IMG/VR virus record: IMGVR_UViG_3300037089_000535
Strand: one strand, 5' to 3'
Length of the DNA: 64,000 nt
From: a virus
Lineage: Duplodnaviria; Heunggongvirae; Uroviricota; Caudoviricetes
Shown: positions 57,412-64,000 of the stretch, in pieces
Layout of the letters: the number at the start of each line of letters is the position of its first letter
Numbering within the stretch: the stretch's first letter is position 1
Made by a program: the position numbers and the translations under genes
Notes under the pieces: model-generated
What the model saw: only the letters and a program-made list of their open reading frames with translations
Databases searched by the model: none
What the model was told of the DNA's origin: nothing

Positions 57412-57537
57412 CTTCACAGAGGGTTGGTCCCTCGCCTACTACATAAGTTGGAAAACATCAGCTTTATGCCTCGCGTCCCGAAACGGATGCACTTTTGTGA
57501 AGCTTACACGCCGTGGTTCGAATCCACAAAGCGGCTC
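57412..57537 (+). ncRNA. Structured RNA repeat unit U1 (hairpins A, C and a T-arm-like hairpin D)
   Basis: gaggg-ttggt-ccctc; gcgtcc-cgaaac-ggatgc; CTTACAC box; cgtgg-TTCGAAT-ccaca. Homologous to U2-U4 with compensatory stem changes. Confidence 0.6.
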
Positions 57538-57690
57538 TAAAACTATCAAACAACAGCGCTTACACGCTCATAACGTACGTTCAGGGCTGATTCAAGTACC
57601 TGAACAACCCAAAAGCACTGTTACTCGATAGGTTTAATTTTCAATGGAAATGCTTCCATTGTGTGTTGAAAATATTGTGTGTTGAAAATG

Positions 57691-57792
57691 GGGCTAAAGG
57701 TAAAATTAGTAATTAGCGTTACCACTCGTATCAGAAATGATGCATCCTTTAATGCTTACACGAAAGACGGTTCGATTCCGTTAAGCTCCACT
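57691..57792 (+). ncRNA. Partial or degenerate structured RNA unit U5 (CTTACAC box and T-arm-like gacgg-TTCGATT-ccgtt)
   Basis: Shares the cactcg...gatgcatc, cttacacg and T-arm-like modules. Confidence 0.45.
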
Positions 57793-57828
57793 GAGAAGAA
57801 ATTCTCATCATGCGGGAATATAGAGGCT

Positions 57829-57945
57829 CGGTGCCTCACCTGAAATTTAACTCAGATATATTCAGCTTTTTCACTCGCGTCCCCTCAGAAGGATGCATCT
57901 CGCAAGGCTTACAAGCTGTGGTTCAACTCCACATTCCCGCGCAAA
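57829..57945 (+). ncRNA. Structured RNA repeat unit U2
   Basis: gaggc-tcggt-gcctc; ctga-aatttaac-tcag; gcgtcc-cctcagaa-ggatgc; cttacaa; tgtgg-TTCAACT-ccaca. Confidence 0.6.
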
Positions 57946-57968
57946 AGCAGTCAATCAGAAGTGCATAC

Positions 57969-58041
57969 ACGCAATTATGTTCAATGGTAGAACATTTCTC
58001 TTGAAAAGAAAAAATAGTAAGTTCGATTCTTACATTTGCAA
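57969..58041 (+). tRNA. tRNA-like gene B: good D-, anticodon- (anticodon UGA, short variable loop) and T-arms, acceptor stem not pairable (pseudo or atypical)
   Basis: gttc-aatggta-gaac; tttct-CTTGAAA-agaaa; gtaag-TTCGATT-cttac. The flanks acgcaat and atttgca are not complementary. Confidence 0.4.
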
Positions 58042-58085
58042 TCAAACAAGCATTTCAACTCGACTGCTTATTTATTTCGGCCAGT

Positions 58086-58218
58086 TATAGAGGATCGGTT
58101 CCTCGCCAGTTATGTTAAACTGGAGCCAAAAGCTCTTCAGGTTTATCACTCGCTTTCGCAAGAAAGCATAAGATGATTCTTACACGCAAACCTTGTTCGA
58201 CTCAAGGACTGGCCACCG
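58086..58218 (+). ncRNA. Structured RNA repeat unit U3
   Basis: gagga-tcggt-tcctc; ccagtt-atgtta-aactgg; gagc-caaaa-gctc; gctttc-GCAA-gaaagc; cttacacgcaaa; ccttg-TTCGACT-caagg. Confidence 0.65.
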
Positions 58219-58393
58219 GTAATATTTCATATTGACAGTTCGGCGTACAGGTCCTAACTGCTGACCTAACCCGTGAATGTACCCATCTGCAGATGGACGG
58301 ACTAAGCTTAGGAATCTTTATGAAATATTACTTGTCATTCAAATACAGGAATGTATTTGAATGAGCTAGCGCAATCAAATTCGAAGTGCTTAC

Positions 58394-58467
58394 ACGCAAT
58401 TAGCTCAGTGGTTGAGCGTTTTCCTATCACGAAAAAATCATGGGTTCAATTCCCATATTACGTACCA
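58394..58467 (+). tRNA. tRNA gene A with encoded CCA; cloverleaf complete but anticodon reads AUC (unusual)
   Basis: Acceptor acgcaat/attacgt (one C-A mismatch); D-arm gctc-agtggtt-gagc; anticodon arm ttttc-CTATCAC-gaaaa; T-arm atggg-TTCAATT-cccat; discriminator a then CCA. Confidence 0.6.
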
Positions 58468-58509
58468 AAACAAGCATTTCACCTCGATTGCGCAAACCTT
58501 AATGACCCT

Positions 58510-58640
58510 GATAGAGGATCGGTTCCTCACCAGCCATCGAAGCTGGAGCCAAAAGCTCTTCAGGTTTGCACCTCGCCCTCACAAGAGGGCAAATAGCAGT
58601 CCTTACACGCAAAGGTGTTCGACTCACCACAGGGTCACTA
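58510..58640 (+). ncRNA. Structured RNA repeat unit U4
   Basis: gagga-tcggt-tcctc; ccagc-catcgaa-gctgg; gagc-caaaa-gctc; gccctc-ACAA-gagggc; cttacacgcaaa; ggtg-TTCGACT-cacc. Confidence 0.65.
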
Positions 58641-58829
58641 AATGTTAGCTTCAGAACTTATTAACAAACTCATCGAGCTTATTGCTAAGCACGACGATCG
58701 TCCCCTCTTTCTTTCAGAAGAGGGTAATGATTATTCGCCATCAAACATTGAAGTTATCACCCAACAACCTCTTCCACCAAATTGCCAAGGTGTAGTAGAG
58801 GTTGGTGACACTTACTTCTATATTTCATA

Positions 58830-59090
58830 ATGTCATTCTTAGCTGTATGTGGATGGGTTGGAACATTTTGCCTAATGATATGTGGCGTTCCTCAGGCAAT
58901 ATATTCTTTAATAAATGGGAACTCTAATGGCGTAACCCGTTCGTTTCTAATACTGTGGGGTATTGGCGATGTGTCTATGGGTTGGTACACGTACAAGATG
59001 TACCATGACGCCTTTCTAACTTTCAATTATTCTTTCTGCCTTATTACTCTTTTTATAATATCTTACTACAAGGCCTGGCCTCGTTCATAA
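58830..59090 (+). CDS. Small membrane protein
   Basis: Two or three hydrophobic helices. Confidence 0.3.
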   Translation: MSFLAVCGWVGTFCLMICGVPQAIYSLINGNSNGVTRSFLILWGIGDVSMGWYTYKMYHDAFLTFNYSFCLITLFIISYYKAWPRS

Positions 59091-60023
59091 TGTCAGACTT
59101 TACTAATCGTCTCAAGGAAGCCATAGAATCATCCGATGCCGCTTGGACAGCGATGTCCGAGGATGAAAAATCACTAAGACGTAGGCTGTACCCAGACGTT
59201 CCGATTACCGACCCAATCCCCACTCCGGAAGAGTATGAGAAAATTGTTCGCAAGAGGCAACTGCGTAGTGACCATAATGAACGGATCCGGAGGCTAGCCT
59301 CTGCCTATAGAGACTTTGGATATGAGGTAGATGTGGCGTATGATTCTGAAAATGGATTGAGAATTTACGTTTATAACCTACCACGAAAGTTACAGATTAA
59401 CCTACCCCCAACACATTTTTATGACACCAAACTGGTCTGAGAATGATGATCTGTTCTTCTCTCAACTAAAAGAGGGTTTCGAATGGCAGAAATTGCCGAA
59501 ACTCTTTTTCGAGTTGCACGGTTTGAAGGTTGAAATGCCCGAGCTTACAATTCGGGATTCGATCAAAGATGCCGGCGCGTACATGTCTTCCAAAGACTTG
59601 ATTGTCAATGGACACATAATTGAAACGAAAAGCCGCAACGAAGCATTTACATATCCATTATCTTTTCCGTACAGAACATTGTTCGTAGATACTGTATCTG
59701 GATTTGATGGAAAGAAAGTAAAGCCATTAGCATATGTGTTCATCTCCAGACCTACTGGATGTATGATCTGCTTAATGACTTCAACATTCTCTTCGTGGAC
59801 AATAGAAGAGAAGTTTGATAGGGTGAGGGGAATTACTGACAAGTTCTATCTGGCGGATAGGCGGATCTGCTCCGAACTCGACGAGCTGATCGAGGTTTTG
59901 AAGTCTTCCGACCGGCCAGTTTGTAACACATAGTGGTTGACTAACCCCAACTTTTGAACTATCGTCACGCCCGCAAAGTTGCGCCGATGGTTCGCGCACA
60001 ACTCATTGAAAGTAAAGTCAAAA

Positions 60024-60224
60024 ATGAAAAGTAAACTACTCACAATCCTATCCCTGCTTCTACTTAATTGTGGCGGCTCATCGTGCCCAGCTTCTGCTCC
60101 GGCTCCAATCGCTTCCGCAGATGCATCGGTCCCAGCTGCAAGCGCCCCTGTGGCTGCTCCAGCTCCCGTAGCCAACACTCCCGCCCCTGCGGCGAGCGCA
60201 GCTCCGGCAGATGCCAAAAAGTAG
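60024..60224 (+). CDS. Putative lipoprotein, Ala/Pro-rich
   Basis: MKSKLLTILSLLLLNCGG lipobox followed by an AP-rich low-complexity tail. A terminator follows. Confidence 0.4.
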   Translation: MKSKLLTILSLLLLNCGGSSCPASAPAPIASADASVPAASAPVAAPAPVANTPAPAASAAPADAKK

Positions 60225-60243
60225 CAGTTGTCTCAATTAACCA

Positions 60244-60281
60244 AAGGCTGCCAGTAAGAAACTGGCAGCCTTTGTCATTTA
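60244..60281 (+). terminator. Rho-independent terminator
   Basis: aaaggctgccagt-aagaa-actggcagccttt followed by gtcattt. Confidence 0.65.
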
Positions 60282-60287
60282 AGCTTC

Positions 60288-60947
60288 ATGCCAATAAACC
60301 AACATGGATACATGGATGTTGAAAGGATATTGAAATTAGTAGCCGCATTGAATAATAATATCTCTTTGGTAACAAAAGGTTCCCTATTAAATGAACAGGG
60401 AACTGAGTTAGCAAAACTTATCAATGTTGGGAAAATGATTTTTGATTCAATGCGAGGCGTTGAACGGCCAGATAATCATTGGGTAAAGGCCATCCTCACA
60501 CTACAAAAAATAAAAGACAAAGCAGGTGATAATGTAGTCAATTTTTATTTGGATGACCTTGGACGTGAAACAAAACCAGACAAGTTTGAGGGCTTTATGG
60601 TGGAATGGAATAAATGGTGTTCAAAAGATTCTGGTATGAATCTTCCAGAGAGAAAAACAGCATCCATAAATAGGTTATTGAAAGCTGCTGAATATATTCA
60701 GAAATCGGCGGATGGGAACGTGGCAACAAAGATTAGATTAGCAAGGCTCATTGAAAGTCACATAGGGCACATCATCGGACTTATCCAGAAGGGTAGTCTT
60801 GATAAGGCCAAGGAGTACCTTGAAGTTATCCGCCCAGAAGGCTGGGAACGAAATAATGAACGAAATGTGGATAAGTTGTACGAGCAAGTAATCAAGGGGT
60901 TGGCAGAAAAACTACCGCCAGAAGAATTTCAAGCCCTGGGCCTGTAA
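60288..60947 (+). CDS. Hypothetical protein
   Basis: ORF. Confidence 0.35.
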   Translation: MPINQHGYMDVERILKLVAALNNNISLVTKGSLLNEQGTELAKLINVGKMIFDSMRGVERPDNHWVKAILTLQKIKDKAGDNVVNFYLDDLGRETKPDKFEGFMVEWNKWCSKDSGMNLPERKTASINRLLKAAEYIQKSADGNVATKIRLARLIESHIGHIIGLIQKGSLDKAKEYLEVIRPEGWERNNERNVDKLYEQVIKGLAEKLPPEEFQALGL

Positions 60948-60968
60948 GTAATTATATGGCATAACTAC

Positions 60969-63233
60969 ATGCTGGATAGGTATGCGCTGTTAAATAATCT
61001 GCTCGAAAGTATGAGCGGAGCTGTTTCGAAAAGGGCGTCGGAAGAAGATGAAGACTTCGATTTCCCTTTGTACACTCCGCCTAAGCCCACTGGTGCACCC
61101 AAGGCCATGCCCGCAATGGTTCCAATACCTCCGCCTGCACCTATGCCAGCCCCAATCCAAGAACCTGCGGTGGCGAAGCCGGGACGGTTTACAACCGAAC
61201 CAATTGTTCAACCAATTGCAGAGCAGCCGATAAAGAGAGAACTGCCGTCATGGTTTGATCCAAGTTGGACGCCTATCAAGAAATTCAAAATCGAAGAGTC
61301 GTTCCCAACTTCTCATTGGACAAAACTTCCTGACGAAGAAGAGCTAAAGCCGGCTCAAACCCCCGAACCTCCGAAACCCGTTGAGGTTGAACCAAAACCC
61401 GAACCAGAACCAGCGATGTCTGTTGAAGAAGCGCAGCGATATCTGGAATCTTTGCCGGACGAGCCTCACCTAACCGAAGCGATAACTGCATTGAACTATG
61501 CCGATGAGGAAATTAGGAGCAACTATCGCAACAAAAAGCTTATCTCCACAGTACTAGCATTGGTTACGGCTCATCTTATGGGCTTGATGAATCATGCCGA
61601 TGTGGTTTTTGGTGAGAGTAAGGATAAGGGAATATCTGCGGTTCAAATATTGCGCGATCATTTTGCGGAAGAAGCAAAGAAATTACCTGTACGATATCAA
61701 GAGCGTTTCGATTCAGAAGTATCCAAGCTGACAATAGGCCGCAAGCGTGGCCCGATAAGGGAATTGAAAAGCCAATGGTATGGACCGGAACTGGTCTTTG
61801 TAAATAATAGGGCTATTCGATTGATGAAGTCACAAGGAATTACTGTTGCTGAAGCCGAACAAACCGCACAAACCGAATGGGAAAACATTTCAGAACTTGT
61901 TAATGGTTTAGCGCCAGAATTTAGTGATACAGATAAGAATAACCTGAAAAATATTGGTGCTCAAAAGCTTCTTGCTGGTGGAGAATTTGTTGATGCTAAG
62001 AAATCAATAGTTCAATATGCTGAGGCAATTGAATCTGGAAGCTTATCAACCGCAGCACTAAACGTCTCGGATGAACAATTAGATAAAATCTTTCCAGATA
62101 TTAAGACAGATCCAGATGAGGAATTAGAAGTTACAGCGCAGCCACTTAGTGAAGGCGATATTGACCTATCAGGACTTCCTGAAGAAGTTTCAAACAATCT
62201 AACACCAATTATTTCTGAATTTGGAAGACAAGCACTAAAATTTGATAAGGTAAAAGACTTTCTTGAATTGAAGGTTGGGAAAGGTGACGAGAGAACTGCT
62301 GCTGCAGAAGATGCTTTACAGGATATCTTTGATGTTATCAAGGATCTAGTGCGTCAAATCTTTATCATAAATCCAAAATATATAAAATTGGCTTACGAAC
62401 AATTCTCTGATATCTACATGCTTTGGAAGAATATTCAAGTTAGAGCTTCGGATAGTGGCGTTGAGAATATGTCAATTGCTGAAAGCGCAGAAGCTGAATT
62501 ACACTCAGATCAAGCCGCCCCCATGATAACATCACCAGACCCGATGTTTGGAAAGCAAAATCCAAGACATAAGAGAATAGATGAATCTGAAGAGGATTAC
62601 AAAGCCAGACAGGAACATGAGAAGGAACTCGCAGACTTCTCTCGACATCGTTATTTACAAAGAATCTTGGCTCGCGGAGACGCTCTTGGTTATCTTGAGC
62701 GAAAGAGACAATATCGATTAGCTCAAAGACCAAAAGAGACTTATGCTGAATACGATAAGAGAATTAAAGCAGAAGAAGAAATGGATCGGATTAGAAAGCC
62801 TGAGTACAAGAAAAATAAATGGGAACTTGTCAAATGGAGAAAGTTGGCCGCTATGAAGCCAGAGAATGTTCCTGACCTAAGAAATCAACTACTGAATTTA
62901 TTAAGACTACAAGAAGACAGAACAAATGAATTATATAAGCGTATTGGAGAGTCTTGGTTATCAGCTGATGTATTAGATAAAATAGAAGAATCATTACTTG
63001 ATGCAAGGATTCAGAAATTCCAACATGAATATGATGAGATCAAAAATATTGAAGGAATGAATCCATTTGTAATTAAGGCACTTGGACATACGATAACCAA
63101 GATTCCAGAATACTTTGATAAGGCGAAAGCAAAGCTCAATCAAGAAAAATTCAGTTCTGCTAGAATGACTCTTGAGATGGCTTCTATTTTCTCGAAGCAG
63201 GCGGCGTCTAAGGGCGTGCATCTGCTAGCATGA
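60969..63233 (+). CDS. Large hypothetical protein with Pro-rich N-terminal region
   Basis: 754-aa ORF. Confidence 0.4.
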   Translation: MLDRYALLNNLLESMSGAVSKRASEEDEDFDFPLYTPPKPTGAPKAMPAMVPIPPPAPMPAPIQEPAVAKPGRFTTEPIVQPIAEQPIKRELPSWFDPSWTPIKKFKIEESFPTSHWTKLPDEEELKPAQTPEPPKPVEVEPKPEPEPAMSVEEAQRYLESLPDEPHLTEAITALNYADEEIRSNYRNKKLISTVLALVTAHLMGLMNHADVVFGESKDKGISAVQILRDHFAEEAKKLPVRYQERFDSEVSKLTIGRKRGPIRELKSQWYGPELVFVNNRAIRLMKSQGITVAEAEQTAQTEWENISELVNGLAPEFSDTDKNNLKNIGAQKLLAGGEFVDAKKSIVQYAEAIESGSLSTAALNVSDEQLDKIFPDIKTDPDEELEVTAQPLSEGDIDLSGLPEEVSNNLTPIISEFGRQALKFDKVKDFLELKVGKGDERTAAAEDALQDIFDVIKDLVRQIFIINPKYIKLAYEQFSDIYMLWKNIQVRASDSGVENMSIAESAEAELHSDQAAPMITSPDPMFGKQNPRHKRIDESEEDYKARQEHEKELADFSRHRYLQRILARGDALGYLERKRQYRLAQRPKETYAEYDKRIKAEEEMDRIRKPEYKKNKWELVKWRKLAAMKPENVPDLRNQLLNLLRLQEDRTNELYKRIGESWLSADVLDKIEESLLDARIQKFQHEYDEIKNIEGMNPFVIKALGHTITKIPEYFDKAKAKLNQEKFSSARMTLEMASIFSKQAASKGVHLLA

Positions 63234-63570
63234 CCCAGTGGACGGTCTAATGTCTAATCGCCATTCCTAGCGAATCGTGGATAGCTCTAAGAGGCATTCT
63301 CCGCTGGGCCTGGTGGCAGGATTGGCCAGCCGATCTGACCCAGATATTTGTTCTGATTATATATTGGTGATGAAAATACTTTTTAGTCGAGGAAGCTTAG
63401 GATCCCTAGATCTTATAAAAGGGGATTTGGAAGGGAGATCTTAATTAAGATCTTAATTAAAGAATATTAATTAAATTAATTAATCATAATTACCGAAGGT
63501 AATTATAGCGCTAGTTTGAAGCAGTTTTTAATATGTTGTTACCAAAGAGTATATTATTTTATAAGGACAA

Positions 63571-63885
63571 ATGGAATTTCAAGGCCTACCAGGAATAGAA
63601 GAATACTTAGCATCTCAGGGAAACGGATGTCCTGTAGATGTATCTGAACTAGATCATATTTCAGAAGCTATAGTTGCATATTGTGGTTTCACTAAAGATC
63701 AGGCGCAAAGAATATTATCTCTATTCTTCCAGGAGATTCGTACTGCTATGCTAGGTGGGAAGGTTGTTGATATAAGAGGATTTGGATCGTTCTTAATATC
63801 TAGCCCAAACGTTACATCAAATACTAAGAAAGTGTTTCCGAAATTTAAGTGTAAGAAATCATTATCAAAGAGATTGAATGGATAA
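63571..63885 (+). CDS. HU/IHF-family (bacterial histone-like) DNA-binding protein
   Basis: KDQAQRILSLFFQEIRTAMLGGKVVDIRGFGSF and a C-terminal arm KKVFPKFKCKKSL. Confidence 0.7.
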   Translation: MEFQGLPGIEEYLASQGNGCPVDVSELDHISEAIVAYCGFTKDQAQRILSLFFQEIRTAMLGGKVVDIRGFGSFLISSPNVTSNTKKVFPKFKCKKSLSKRLNG

Positions 63886-64000
63886 ACCAACTTCAGAATC
63901 ATTAGCGGCAATTATTATTAGCAATAGAGTTCTCGGATTGTATACGGAAGAGGCGAAATTCTGTATGAGTGAACTCATGCGCCGCAGAGAAGATGAAAAG

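Noticed and set aside
58086-58218. Interpreting U3 as an ordinary tRNA with intron (5' gccagtt pairing with 3' gactggc)
   Set aside because: The 5' strand pairs equally well with the local aactgg, forming hairpin B. That local pairing covaries in U4 (ccagc/gctgg) whereas the long-range pairing does not. There is also no canonical D or anticodon arm.
57810-58648. Short ORFs (57810-58004, 57893-58090, 58351-58596, 58412-58648) in the RNA cluster
   Set aside because: They overlap tRNA-like and structured RNA repeats, have no ribosome-binding site context, and show no codon-level conservation between the repeated copies. The repeats are conserved at the RNA-structure level.

Overview
This 64 kb window is densely packed and mostly plus-strand coding. 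It looks like a large virulent dsDNA phage, with several T4-like traits: TATAAATA late-promoter boxes, adjacent thyA and DHFR genes, many HNH and LAGLIDADG homing endonucleases, an intein, and a tRNA/ncRNA cluster.

The most notable feature is a compact CRISPR-Cas locus at 5262-8261. It comprises a 504-aa TnpB/Cas12-like protein in which the RuvC-I catalytic Asp appears to be replaced by Asn (predicted nuclease-dead), a translationally coupled unknown ORF, and a 12-repeat array with a 36-nt repeat.

Around this locus are a 2-repeat mini-array at ~19.96-20.06 kb that duplicates spacer 10, and several solitary or degenerate copies of the repeat in both orientations at 11.96-12.37 kb. One of these is a near-perfect inverted copy and could serve as an anti-repeat or a guide target. 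A NAD+ Preiss-Handler module (PncA-like, PncB-like, NadE) lies between these elements.

Other modules:
- an RNA-repair set: Tpt1/KptA, Thg1-like, HAD phosphatase, RtcB, and a vWA/Ro60-like protein;
- an NfeD-flotillin-FtsH-like trio;
- a JAB / small Gly-terminal protein / E1-like / nucleoside hydrolase cluster;
- an intein-containing S53 peptidase and an M23 peptidase, both behind a repeated late promoter;
- at 57.28-58.64 kb, a family of at least four ~130-nt structured RNA repeats with covarying stems and a tRNA T-arm-like hairpin, interleaved with two tRNA-like genes that have odd anticodons.

All calls rest on reading the sequence and recognising motifs by eye; no database searches were run.
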